From Octopus vulgaris (lineage: Eukaryota), in NCBI GenBank assembly GCA_951406725.2, contig OX597814.1, positions 5,828,001 through 5,892,000 of the forward strand: a stretch of DNA of 64,000 nucleotides. The letters run 5' to 3'. Each line of letters starts with the position of its first letter. Position 1 is the stretch's first letter. A model generated the notes under the pieces. It searched no databases. It was not told the DNA's origin and was given only the letters and a program-made list of their open reading frames with translations. Both the position numbers and the translations under genes were made by a program. Shown in pieces: positions 1-12,361 of the stretch.

Positions 1-389
1 GACAAAGAGACACAAACACACCTATTTAATGGGCTTCTTTCAGTTTCCATTGACCAAATCAACTCTGGCTTTATTTTCTGTATGTATATACATACACATA
101 CACACACACACATTTATATAATATATACTGTGTATAAACAGGTTTCCAGTCTACCCCAGGTATTGTCATTTTGTCACCATGCATTACACACTTGTATATT
201 ATTTGTAAATCTGTTCGAAAACATAAGGACACAGATTGTGTCGTATGGCCAGCTGCTGGAGACGATGTCTCCTGGGGCTAAATTACAGCAACATTTGTCC
301 TAAACCAAGACTGCCATGTTACGTTGGCAAATAATCTTTTACTCCCCACTTGTAATATGTTTTAGAATATTTACATAACAGTGTAAATA

Positions 390-786
390 GGCACAGGAGT
401 GGCTGTGTGGTAAGTAGCTTGCTTACCAGCCACATGGTTCCGGGTTCAGTCCCACTGCGTGGCATCTTGGGCAAGTGTCTTCTACTATAGCCCCGGGCCG
501 ACCAATGCCTTGTGAGTGGATTTGGTAGACGGAAACTGAAAGAAACCCGTCGTATATATGTATATATAGATGTGTTTGTGTATCTGTGTTTGTCCCTCTA
601 GCATTGCTTGACAACCCATGCTGGTGTGTTTATGTCCCTGTTACTTAGCGGTTTGGCAAAAGAGACCGATAGAATAAGTACTGGGCTTACAAAAGAATAA
701 GTCCCCGGGTCGAGTTGCTCGATTAAAGGCGGTGCTCCAGCATGGCCGCAGTCAGATGACTGAAACAAGTAAAAGAGTAAAGAGTG
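390..786 (+). mobile_element. tRNA-derived SINE family A, full length
   Basis: Pol III A/B-box head (TGGCTGTGTGG...GGTTCAGTCCC), CORE-like CTTGGGCAAGT, internal (TA)/(TG) tract and (AGTAAAAG)n tail. More than 10 similar copies in the window. May be a published octopus SINE family, not verified. Confidence 0.9.
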
Positions 787-2546
787 TTGAAGATAATATA
801 TATCTCTCATCATAATCATCATTTAATGTCTGTGCTGCATGGTTCTACAGAATCTAGCTGGGGTCTGCTTTGGCAAGGTTTCTATGGTTGGATACCCTTT
901 CTAATGCTGACCATTTTACAGAGTGTACTGGCTGCTGTTATTGGTGGCACCAGCAGGGTGTCGGCAAGTGACTTGCAAGATGAGACCCCTTACAGAGTGG
1001 GGTGCAGTATTGAGGAAGGTGGCATCGCTTTGGGTGCTGAGGGACAGGAATGGGTATCTTGCTGTAAAATTAGAGGGAGATGAGGTGCCAGGGCACAGCC
1101 TGAACACATAAGGGGGTGGGGTGGGGGTTCAGAGAAATGCACAATGACAGGGGTCAGGTGTATATGGTGGTGGATACACAGACAGTTTCTCTCGTTGGAC
1201 ACTGGCTATGGGTCAACATTTTTTGACCCATTGCTAAGTTATGGAAGTGCAAAAACCCTGACAGCAGTTGTGAGGTGGTGAGAGATAAACCCAAGCAATA
1301 TAGTTATTGATGTAGGTGCATGCGGGGCTGTGGGGGTAAGAAGTTTGCTTCCCAATCGCATGGTGTTGGGTTCAGTCCCACTTCATGGCATCTTGGCCAA
1401 ATGTCTTCTACTATAGTCCTGGGCTGACCAAAGCCATGTGAATGGTTTTTGTAGATGGAAACTGAAAGAAGCCCATTATACATTGTGTGGGTGTTACTTT
1501 CTCCTTGCCATAGCATGATGTGATAGTTGTGAACCAGTGTCACTGTCATACGAGCAGTGCCCTTCGTTTCCAATATATTCTGGCCGGGGTGGTGGGGGTG
1601 GCATTATAACCTTGCTTGGAAATATATGTGGGGGTTGGTGACAGGAAGGGCATCCGGCTGTAGAAAATCCGCTTCAACATATTCTGAGCCATGCAGGCAT
1701 GGAAAAGGGGACTCAAAATAATGTTGGTGAAAATACTTTAAAATTAAAAATGGGCTTCAATGCATTTTCCATTCACCAAATCTATTCACGAAGCATTGGT
1801 TGGCTTTACGGCTGTAGTAAAAATACTTGCCCAAGGTGTTGCACACTAAGATTGAACCCAGAATTATACACACACACAAACACTATTGACTACCTTCTAC
1901 CCCTAATCTATCCGTCACTCTCTTTTGCAACTTTTATCCACCCGAGTGAGGTCGTTGTCAGTACCACCTGACTGGCCCCCATGCCAGTGGCACATAAAAA
2001 GCACCCACTACACTCTCGGAGTGGTTGGCATTTGGAAGGGCATCCAGCTGTAGAAACTCTGCCAGATCAAGATTGGAGCCTGGTGCAGCCATCTGGTTCG
2101 CTGCTGATTGTAGGGCATCGGGGCAAAATGGTAATTGTCCTTCTTTACAGTCTGAGTTCAAATTATACCCAGGTTAACTTTGCCCTTCATTGTTCCAAGG
2201 TCAATAAGACAAAATGCCAGTTAAACACTAAGCTCCAAATAGTCAACTGACATCTCCTCTCCCACCACGACCACCACCACAAAAAAAAAGTGATTATGAA
2301 TCAACTGGTTAATTATTGAAAGCTTCACACTGTGGATCCTAACAAATTTGGTCTTCAGGGACTGGTTTGGTAGATATGATTGTGAAAACCTGGACTGGTA
2401 AGATGGACCTGTCATCACCTCACCATCATCATCATCATCATTTAATGTCCGTTGTCCATGCTGGCATGGGTTGGACAGTTTGACTGGGCTGGCATACTGG
2501 AAGGCTGCACCAGGCTCAGTAAAAAAGATGCCCAATGTTTGTTTAA

Positions 2547-2768
2547 CCCTTTCATGACCAACCCGGCTGAGACCGGCTCTGGCTCTGTAGTACAAATGTC
2601 TCGTTTTCATAAGTTTTGAATTAAAATCTTCCATCAAACCTTAGTCACAATTTATGTTCCTAACATTAGCTTAATGATAACTAAGATATTTTACTAAATT
2701 CTTTGTTATATTTAAAATGAATTGAAAGAAACACAGAACATCAGAAAATAAATACGGTAATGAAAGGG
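2547..2768 (+). mobile_element. piggyBac-type MITE family 1
   Basis: TTAA target duplication, CCCTTT...AAAGGG termini, about 220 bp. Confidence 0.88.
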
Positions 2769-2878
2769 TTAAACACTGTTGGACTAAACTCATCCAAACT
2801 CCAGTAAATTGCAATCAGTTGATGGAAATGGCTGCGTCTGCTGACAGCACCAATCTAAAATCTACACCGAAAAGCCGT

Positions 2879-4000
2879 ATATGAGGGTCGGCTGACTAAG
2901 ATGCCCTCATAGTATGTAACCAAATGAGGTTTCTTTTCCAGCATAGCCCCCCCCCCCTCCTTTGAGGTTCACTCCTTTCTTCCATCGGATTTGCAGTCCT
3001 TGGATCCCATTGGTGAAGAAGCTTTCATCCTGTTGCTCAAAAGAGTCATTGTCATCACTGCAATACTGGTTTCCATCCAAATGGTTGTTTCATGTTGGGG
3101 CCAGGGAGGGGATGAGTAATAATGCCTTTTGCATCCCACCAAACTGAGGCCATCACCTTCCCTGCAGATGAAACGGCTTTCGTCTTCTGTGGAGCAGGCG
3201 AGGAAGAGGTGTTTCCACGGCATGGATCAACCCTTTCTCTCTGGTTCAAAGTGATAAAGGCAACACTCATAAGATGTTCAAGAAAACCAGATTTAGATCT
3301 AGATTTTTCTCCTGTGATGGGATCAGGTGCCAGAAGACTCGGAACCCACCAAGTTCGTTGTGCAGAATATTCTCAACACTCATGGGATATGCTAATAGCA
3401 TTGGCTATTTGATTTAACCCATTAGCATTTAAACCGGCCATATCCGGCCCAAATATGCTTCCTGTTTTATGTTCTAACTGGCCAGATCAAACCTATCATA
3501 CCTACCCTTCAATGCCATTATAAAATATACAGTCACGTCATCAAAATTTCAAGGTTGCAAAATAATGCAGGATTAATTAAAAACAATTTGAATTAAAAAG
3601 TGTTACAGTTGACAGAATGATCTGAATGCTAAAGGGTTAAAGCCAATTGCCTGTCATCCATCATCATGTGGTGAACACGATCAATGTTTTCCTTGCTGGT
3701 GGCAGTTCACAGAACGTCCAGACTCTGGGTCATCTTCAAGACTGTCCCTTCCTCGCCTAAGTTCAGCTTCCCACTTTTGCTCTGTTGGTAAAGCTGAAAC
3801 CTCATCCCCTAATGTAGCAACAATGTCAGCCTGAATATCATTGGGAGCTAAACCCCTTTTCTGCAGGTACATGATGACACCATGATGCAAATTCTGCCCA
3901 TTTTCAAGGGAAGTCTTTTGAAGTCTTCTTTGAACATCCAGATGTCAATTTACCTGAAAGAAACAATGCAGTTATTAATAAGAAGAGCTGAAGTTGATGC
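2879..4000 (-). mobile_element. Decayed mariner transposon
   Basis: N-terminal HTH-like GVIMYLQKRGLAP..KWEAELRRGRDSLEDDPESGR (3681-3890) and catalytic-domain SAGKVMASVWWDAKG (3055-3270). Interrupted by a MITE at 3418-3636. Confidence 0.82.
3418..3636. mobile_element. piggyBac-type MITE family 2, nested in mariner
   Basis: TTAA-CCCATTAGCATT...AATGCTAAAGGG-TTAA. Confidence 0.82.
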
Positions 4001-4639
4001 TTAATATCTGCCTTCCATTTTTGGCATGGGTCGGATGACACTAATGTTATTGTTAAAGCAATGTCAGAAAATAGCATCCAAGAATCAGAGAGAAATAGCA
4101 CCATGGGAAGCAACCAGAACATAGCTGAGTCCATCCTCTTGAATATCAGAGTGACAACAGATCACCCATCCAACCACTACAATCATAGACTGCTTGTCTT
4201 AGATATTGAAGAGTCTGGCTAGAAATAAAAACGAAACAACATCTTGTCTAAGTCCCATGAGAATTGTGGCGTATCTGAAAACCCTGTTAAATATAGGTCC
4301 AGTCAAACCATCTGACCTATGCCTGCATGAAAACCGTTAAGTTATGATGATGATGTTTATTGGTAGAATTAGAAATAGAAAGTCCTTGGCACATTATTGT
4401 ACACATATTTGAAAAAAGTGTTTACAAATTGCAAGAAGCAACGGAAATTTTACAAAAAAACAAGTGAATGAGTAGAAATCAAACCAGTGAGTGTGTTCAA
4501 TAATAACGCACTAAAAGAGAATGACCCTCCCCAGACACAATGAAATATGCTTCAATACACGAATTGACATAAAGAATCTTGCAAACGAAATGTTTACAAA
4601 GCGTAAATACCTAATGATTTACAATCATCTAATTATTAA

Positions 4640-4865
4640 CCCTTTCGTTACTGTATTTATTTTTCAAGATACTCTTATGTGTCTTTCAATTAATTTTAAA
4701 TATAACCAAGAATTTAGTAAAATAACTTAGTTATCATTTAAGCTAGTGTTAGGAACATAAATTGTGACTAAGGTTTGGTGGAAGATTTTAATTCAAAACT
4801 TATGAAAACAAGACATTTGTATTCCAGAGCCAGAACCGGTTTGAGCCGGGTTGGTAATGAAAAAG
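4640..4865 (-). mobile_element. piggyBac-type MITE family 1
   Basis: Reverse copy with TTAA flanks. Confidence 0.85.
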
Positions 4866-5130
4866 TTAAAGTGGAGAAATTATCAGAAAAGCCATTTCAA
4901 TTAATTTTTGCAAATATATATTTATTGGACTGATTGAAAGTAATGAATAATATGTCCCTCTGGTGGTGCCAACTCCATAAAATGAGAAAGTGTACACAAG
5001 ACTTCATCCATTCTCTGAACACAACCAAAAGGACAATGCACAAAGGAATCGAGAAAAAGAGGTTAGGAAGCATCTTAAGAAATCGTATGAATGGTATTTG
5101 GTAAACAGAAGGAATTATTATCGTTATGGT

Positions 5131-5500
5131 TCCTCTGTTGGTTATGACGACAAGGAGGGTTCCAGTTGATCCGATCAACTGTGAAATTAATATGCAAGTG
5201 GCTGAGCACTCCACAGACACGTGTACCCTTAATGTAGTTCTCGGAAGAGATTCAGAGTGACACAGAGAGTGACAAGGCTGGCCCTTTGAAATACAGGTAC
5301 AACAGAAACAAGAAGAAAGAGTGAGAGAAAGTTGGGGGTGAAAGAGTACAGCAAGGTTCGCCACCACCCCCTGCCAGAGCCTCATGGAGCTTTAGATGTT
5401 TTTGCTTAATAAACACTCACAACGCCTGGTCTGGGAATTGAAATCGCACTCCTACGACCACGAGTTTGCTGCCCTAACCACTGAGCCATTGTGTCTCCGA
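5131..5500 (-). mobile_element. SINE family B
   Basis: Reverse copy of 21029-21412. Confidence 0.85.
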
Positions 5501-5964
5501 GAAGGAATTACAGATTAGATTAGAATAGATAAGGCAGATTCGTGGTGTAATAGTGACAGCTTGCATAGTGTAATGCATGTCACTGCTTCCTCCTAAATGT
5601 GAATCAGCATTTAATTGGTGGAAACACTTTTTCAGATTAAAGTAGTTGAAAAGTCAGGTATTTTCATTTGGTTGCAGATAAGTAGGATATACCCTGTCAA
5701 CAGGACCATCTGTAATGATAGCAGTTGTATGGTCTTGGTACGGACGGTCCTGTCGGATTGATGATGAAGCCATAGTGTAATGAAACAGGCTGACGCCTGA
5801 CACAAGCAGATATGTATGTGTGTGTGTGTAGACCTGTGTTCATTTGTAGATGTATGTATGAGGGCAAAGGTTAAAATATCGAGTAACACTATCACTTCCT
5901 TCACAAGACCTGAGATATGAAATCCACACTACAGCTATCGTATGTGTGGGTGTGTAATATGTAC

Positions 5965-6741
5965 GAAGAGTTTTTTGTCAAATGAATCAAGTCCGGTCGT
6001 CATTTTTAAGACTCTCTTAAAAGATGGCCTCTTTTGCTGAACCATTCAATTGTGGGGATGTAAACACACCAACACCCGTTGACAAGCAGTAGTGGAGGAC
6101 AAACACAACAACACACATGCACATATAGATACATGCACAACGGGCTCGTTTCTGGTCTGAAAGCAAGCTTCTCACCGCACAGTCATGTCTGCACAGGGAG
6201 AAGTTTTCCAAAAACCTCTCACCCATCATTTAAACAAACCACCAACCTTTGCTAAAATTAGTGCAACTTTAAAACAGATTATCTCCTGGACCAGACAACA
6301 GTCTAGCAGAGATTTTGGTGAAGAGCAGTTCCCTCTGCGACGAAGTGTTCCATCACTACGTCATGGAACCAAATATTTATGTTTCGACCTTTCAGTGTTT
6401 GGTCTCAACGACAGTAAAGGGGAGATAAATCTGTTTGCTTGATTAGTCAGGGTATAAGATTGCTGTCGATGGTAGTTAGGGTCAGGCTCCACACACACAA
6501 AAGAAACTCGTCCAGTCAATAAAAAGAGACACATCAGAGTCACAGTGTGACTCTACAGGCGCGAGGACATGGTATTTATTAGAGGGTGGCTTCATGGGAG
6601 ATGCAGGGAGAGGAGATGTCTAATGCATTTACGCATGTTCAGAAGGCTTTTAAAGACAGCCAACAGGGAACTTGCGTCAGATATCGTCAGGAAGTGTGAA
6701 TGTCTGTCAAAATTTGTGAATCAACTCCACCAAGGAACAAT
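5965..6741. repeat. Left arm of 777-bp inverted duplication
   Basis: Reverse complement of 11260-12036 with about 10 substitutions counted by eye. Mirrored ORFs appear in the track. Confidence 0.95.
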
Positions 6742-7005
6742 GGCCCAGGGTAATATTGGAGAACAGAAAGCTGAGCCCTTCAGAAAATGGGGGTTAGGCA
6801 AAGCTGTAGGTTGGTTCTTGTACACCAGTGGTTTTCAACCAGGGTTCCGCACTAGAGAGAGGTGGTCAGTAAGGGATGGGAAGCAGTGGGAGGGAATGAT
6901 GGATGGACAAAAGGTGGAATACGGGTAGAGTGTATGATGAGATCTATTTTAGAGTGATATCCATTATACGCTGAGTGACTCTTCTTCTCCCTGGTCTTGT
7001 CCTCT

Positions 7006-7078
7006 GTAGTTGTAGCACAGTGGCCGGGGCACTGGTTTTGAAAACCAGGTGCCGTGAGTTCAATCCTCACTTGGGACT
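7006..7078 (+). pseudogene. tRNA-like relic (tRNA-Thr(TGT)-like pseudogene or SINE head)
   Basis: A-box TAGCACAGTGG, stem-loop CTGGT-TTTGAAA-ACCAG and T-arm GTGAG-TTCAATC-CTCAC. The acceptor stem does not pair. Confidence 0.55.
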
Positions 7079-7117
7079 TCTGTGTTACTCTGGAAGTATA
7101 GTTTTACCAGGAAGGAT

Positions 7118-7338
7118 AATTTATGTCTTTTTTGCCCACAGGGGGCTACACACAGAGGGGACAAAGGGATTAAGTCGATTACATCAATCCCAGTGCATAA
7201 CTGGTACTTATTTAATCACCCCAAAAGACTGAAAGGCAAAGTCGACCTTGGCAGAATTTGAACTCAGAATGTAATGGCAGACGAAATACCGCTAAGCATT
7301 TCGCCCGGCACGCTAACGTTTCTGCCAGCTCGCCACCT
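7118..7338 (-). mobile_element. SINE family C
   Basis: Reverse copy of 18982-19215. Confidence 0.82.
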
Positions 7339-7687
7339 TATTTACCAGTAAGAATAATGCCAGGAAACATGGAGAGATGTACCATAATTATAATTTAACA
7401 TTTGTCAAATTTCTTGATGTTTATACAAAATGATGAAATAAATACTAATTTTCAAAAGAAATATATTTATTGGCCTGAAATAAAATTATTTTCCTGTTTG
7501 TACAACTCTTCCTCCTCAGTTTCTATGATTCTCTCTTTTTCCTTGTGTGCCTGGCTTTCCTTTACTCTCTGCCTGCCACACAGCCCAATAGGAGCACTTC
7601 TATTAACTCTCTCTCTCCTTTCCTCTCCCTAAATCAACCAGCATTTTTAGAGGCTGTTATTATACGCTCACACAAACACCACACATA

Positions 7688-8465
7688 TACAGGGTGTCGT
7701 CTAAATTATGCAAAAATAAAAATAACACTGACATCTCATTTTAACAGATATATTTACCAAAATTACATTAATACTAAACAGTAAATTTATTCAATAAAAT
7801 CACCACTGGTTTCAACCACTGCCTCCAGACGACTTCAGAATCTCCTGCAACTCTTCTGGACAGTCTCCTTGTTTAAGTTGGTGGATGCTTCCATAATCCT
7901 TGCCTTCAGTTCATCTTTGGTGTTACAAGGAGTTCTGTTGGTCTCTCACTCAACTGCACCCCACACATAATAATCAAGGGGGTTGCAGTCTGTGGAGTTA
8001 GGTGGCCAGATGTTAGGGGTGATGTGGTTGCAGAAATTGTTTGACAGCCATGACTGGGTTCTCCTGCTTGTGTGACATGGTGCAGAGTTCTGTTGCCAGA
8101 CAAAGGGTCTTCCAGCACCCACCCTCTTGACCTAGAACAGCACTACCTCCTCCAGGCACATGATGTAGGCCTCTGTGGTAAGATTGGAGGCAATAACGTC
8201 ATCATCACTAGTAATCACTCCAAACACCAAAATGGTGACAGGATGTTTGATTTTTATCACTCTTGGTACATGTCCTCTGTTTGATGCCCAAACACTCTGA
8301 AATGTTCATATTGGAGCTTCCAGCATGAATGACAAGCAGTACAGCATGTTGGTTCTAAATCTCTGGCAGAGTGAATTGCATCATGGTGTTGTTTTTCTCA
8401 CAGATCAATTGGTGCCCAACTGACCCTACTATACTGTGTAGTCACCAAAACCAAAAACAAACAAT
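7688..8465 (-). mobile_element. Decayed Tc1/mariner (maT-like) transposon
   Basis: TA-CAGGGTG terminus. Minus strand reads IWPPNSTDCNPLDYYVWGAVE, the WPxxSPDLNPLD motif. Confidence 0.75.
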
Positions 8466-8775
8466 TCAGTCAAGGAATCAAATTTAACAAAATATGTTTT
8501 TGGTTACAACTGATTCTGATTGAGCTTATGTGAACACAGGTTGGAAAGTTCTGTAAATTTAAACATTTCCATAAATAGAATAATTTTACTTACAAAATAG
8601 GATTATTTTAAACAGGTCAGCCCTGACCCAACAGATCTCTAATCAATATTCCGTAGCCACATTGTGTCTTCCTATTTTTAAGATTTGAAAGAGACTTGGC
8701 TGTTATTTCCAGCAGGTAAAGCAATGATATAAATCAATAGAGATGAAACTTTCCACTGTGAGGGAGGAGGGTAGC

Positions 8776-8975
8776 ACAGGAAATGAGGGTATCGCAGGAA
8801 ATGAGGGTACTACAGGAAATGAGGGTACCACAGAAAATAAGGGTACCACAGGAAATGAGGGTATCGCAGGAAATTAGGGTACCACAGGAAATGAGGGTAT
8901 CGCAGGAAATGAGGGTACTACAGGAAATGAGGGTACCACAGGAAATAAGGGTACCACAGGAAATGAGGGTACCAC
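8776..8975. repeat. 18-bp minisatellite, ~11 copies
   Basis: Unit CAGGAAATGAGGGTACCA. Confidence 0.95.
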
Positions 8976-9884
8976 ATCTGGGCTGAGAAAAATTATAAAT
9001 ATCTACCTTTAGAATTCTAGACTAGGTCTCTTGGTGGTTGGTCATTATTGGTATTTAGGGAATTAATCAATGAACCCTTTCAACATTTCAATATGAAAGA
9101 TTCCTCATTAATTAAAGAATCAACGGTGTTACTTTATGGATCATCCGTAATTTCAGATAATTCCCAGCAGCTTTAATCCCATCTGACTTAATAATAACAC
9201 TTGGATTGGCTGAATATAAAAGATTTCCATGGAATCTGTCCCATCTCCAATGTGGAAGAATTCACAAACACCAAAATCCAAATTAACAACAACTGTTGTT
9301 TGTCAGCTTCAACTAAGCAACTTTACGACCAAAAGCATCCCAGCCATGGCCATCTCCACTTTTTTTCTTACATTGGATATCTTCAACTACATCACCTCAT
9401 ATGTTGGTCACTTTCTTACAAGTCACATGTTGTTGGATAAAAACTTGGCTGCTATTTTTAACAGGTCTAGCTTTCACTTTCGGAATGATTTGCTCCGCTG
9501 AGTGAGACAAGAAATCCCTTGGGGTATGCGTCACGTGACGATAACTTTGATGAAAATTGGTAAAACATGGAATTGAGAACAAAAGGCCGAGAATATACGA
9601 TTCAAGGGAGGTAATTATTATAACAGATAAAAACAAAGCGATCCAGGGGAGATAATTCTTCTTTTTGCAAACAACTTGTCACCAGTTGAAAGCTCTCAGA
9701 TGCTCACAAGTTTATGGGGTTACCGGGAGAGGGCGCCCGCTGTTTATGTCATGCATTTGACATTCTTTTCTTTGAATGGTGAAACTCTAAACTATAAACA
9801 GCGTGTAAATATTGAAGTTTGACGTAGGTCTCTGGCTCACCAGCTCCTGTCAAACAGTCCAGCACATGCCAGCATGGGAAATTA

Positions 9885-10062
9885 GTTAGCTAGTTAATTT
9901 TTTGGCTCAAAAAGCAAAAAGCAAGGCCATGTAGGGAGACATGGAGTTATGTACAGAGTGGTGTTCATGTAAAGAGTTCAGGCCACTTGAGGTCAAGGGA
10001 GACTTTGAACCGAGCGGTCGTCAGCATCTTCGCCATCTCGTCCGGCAGCTTATTCCACGGAT
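9885..10062 (-). mobile_element. Short CR1-like 3' end, different family
   Basis: Minus strand reads PWNKLPDEMAKMLTTARFKVSLDLKW-PELFT*. Confidence 0.65.
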
Positions 10063-10539
10063 GCTAAATGACTACATATATACATATATATACTACACAT
10101 ACACACACATATATATATATATATATACATACACGTATTTATGTATGCCTATACATGTATATGTATACATGCTACCATTGTTCCACTGTAGAAACCCTAG
10201 CCAGGTCCTCAGTTATGTGTTAATTTGTATAAAACTGTACCAACCTGACGTCTTGGATGAGATCCAGGCGAACATTAAAACCACCAGGCACGAGTGACCT
10301 CAAGCTATTGTCACAGCATCCTTCTTGGATAGAAACCCTGCACTTTCATTGTCTTCTTTCTTTCTCTGACATTTTATGGCTGTTTTGTCCTTAAAACCTT
10401 ACAATAAACATTTATTGTACACACGCACATGTATGTAATCAATAGTGGATGTATATGTACACACAATTGGTGAACAAACACTAAAAGTAGCACTTGACAT
10501 ATTTAGTTAGAGTTGGACTCATTTTTAAAAAATGAGTGA

Positions 10540-11061
10540 TTCAACCAGCCCACTTAGGTATACCTTTCCTTCATTGGACACTAAACTCTGCTTGTGAAGA
10601 CCTGTTGAGGCAAGTGATATCAAAATCGAAATCAAATTCGTTGACTGGCATCCATGCTAGTGGGAGTGCTAAGAGCGCCATCCGAGTGTGATTGTTGCCA
10701 GGTCGGCTGACTGCCGGTGGCACGTAAAAAGCACCATTCAAGCATGGTCATTACCAACGTTGCCTTAATGGCACTTGTGCCAGTGCCACTGGACTCGCTC
10801 CTGTGCAGGTGGCACATAAAAGACACCATTTGAGCGTGGCCGTTGCCAGTACTGCCTGACTGGCCCTTGTGCCAGTGGCACATAAAAGCACCCACTACAC
10901 ACTTGGAGTGGTTGGCATTAGGAAGGGCATCCAGGCCTAGAAACTCTGCCAGATCAGATTGGAGCCTGGTGCAGCCATCTGGTTCGCTAGCCCTCAGTCA
11001 AATTGTCCAACCCATGCTAGCATGGAAAGCGGACGGTAAAAAACGACGACGATGATGATGA

Positions 11062-11064
<3 letters not shown>
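10540..11064 (+). mobile_element. RTE 3' UTR fragment (representative of ~20 copies)
   Basis: Repeated GCCAGT..ACTGGC / GTGCC.GGT.GGCAC units, GGAAGGGCATCCAG end motif and (GAT)n tail. Other copies at ~1958, 2425, 15924, 25899, 27470, 34715, 34960, 36490, 37028, 37640, 38060, 43515, 56673, 58100, 59030, 60716, 61058 and 62785. Confidence 0.85.
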
Positions 11065-11099
<35 letters not shown>

Positions 11100-11115
11100 T
11101 TTATTGAATCTAAAC

Positions 11116-11159
11116 AAAACTGTCTGACAAACAGGAATGCGAAACTGAGTAACAGTTTT
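11116..11159 (+). ncRNA. Decayed minimal type I hammerhead ribozyme motif (Penelope-like)
   Basis: AAAACTGT-CTGACAA-ACAGGAATGC-GAAA-CTGAG-TA-ACAGTTTT: perfect 8-bp stem I, GNRA-capped stem II, one core change (G8 to A). Confidence 0.55.
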
Positions 11160-11259
11160 TGGGATATCGTTGATGCTTTTTAAAAAAGTCTGTATATATA
11201 TATATATTTTATATACACACACGTCTATAAAATCACACATACTTACAGGCTTTGTACAT

Positions 11260-12036
11260 ATTGTTCCTTGGTGGAGTTGATTCACAAATTTTGACAGACA
11301 TTCACACTTCCTGACGATATCTGACGCAAGTTCCCTGTTGGCTGTCTTTAAAAGCCTTCTGAACATGCATAAATGCATTAAACATCTCCTCTCCCTGCAT
11401 CTCCCATGAAGCCACCCTCTAATAAATACCATGTCCTCGCGCCTGTAGAGTCACACTGTGACTCTGATGCGTCTCTTTTTATTGACTGGACGAGTTTCTT
11501 TTGTGTGTGTGGAGCCTGACCCTAACTACCATCGACAGCAATCTTGTACCCTGACTAATCAAGCAAACAGATTTATCTCCCCTTTACTGTCGTTGAGACC
11601 AAACACTGAAAGGTCGAAACATAAATATTTGGTTCCATGACGTAGTGATGGAACACTTTGTCGCAGAGGGAACTGCTCTTCACCAAAATCTCTGCTAGAC
11701 TGTTGTCTGGTCCAGGAGATAATCTGTTTTAAAGTTGCACTAATTTTAGCAAAGGTTTGTGGTTTGTTTAAATGATGGGTGAGAGGTTTTTGGAAAACTT
11801 CTCCCTGTGCAGACATGACTGTGCGGTGAGAAGCTTGCTTTCAGACCAGAAACGAGCCCGTTGTGCATGTATCTATATGTGTATGTGTGTTGTTGTGTTT
11901 GTCCTCCACTACTTCTTGTCAACGGGTGTTGGTGTGTTGACATCCCCACAATTGAATGGTTCAGCAAAAGAGGCCATCTTTTAAGAGAGTCTTAAAAACG
12001 ACGACCGGACTTGATTCATTTGACAAAAAACTCTTC
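11260..12036. repeat. Right arm (probable donor) of inverted duplication
   Basis: The old SINE A it contains continues past 12036, but is cut at 5965 in the left arm. Confidence 0.95.
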
Positions 12037-12078
12037 AAGGTGGTGCCCCAGCATGGCCACAGTCTAATGACTGAAAGA

Positions 12079-12361
12079 TGTGGTGTATGCGAGAGATTTG
12101 AAATAAGGACACCTACCTTCTCTTCGCTCGACGGAGATCTCTCAATGGTAACGCACCCTTCCACGCAGCCCGACCCGAGCACTAGAAATAGCAGCTGCTT
12201 TTCCCCTACCTTAAAAAAGAGCTCACACGTCTGTCTCACTCGGCTACCTCGATCGAAAAAGCCCAATGCTGCCCTGCCTGTGCGTGCGTCACTTCGGCCC
12301 CTTCATCTTCTGGTCAGCCCCAAGTTCCGGTCGGCTCCCCAGCTGCTGACGTCACCCCACA
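12079..12361. mobile_element. Solo LTR
   Basis: TGTGG...CCACA termini, 5-bp TSD AAAGA, GC-rich, inserted in a SINE A tail. Confidence 0.8.

Noticed and set aside
5632-5800. Possible minus-strand exon in unique sequence; similar candidates at 141-303 and 9465-9525
   Set aside because: No recognisable homology or phase-compatible partner exons, so a second gene cannot be supported.
6185-6928. ORFs in the inverted duplication as a duplicated gene
   Set aside because: Short ORFs on both strands, with no recognisable domain or consistent splice structure.
8776-8975. Regular repeat array resembling CRISPR or a repeat protein
   Set aside because: Head-to-tail 18-bp units with no unique spacers, no cas genes and a eukaryotic context.
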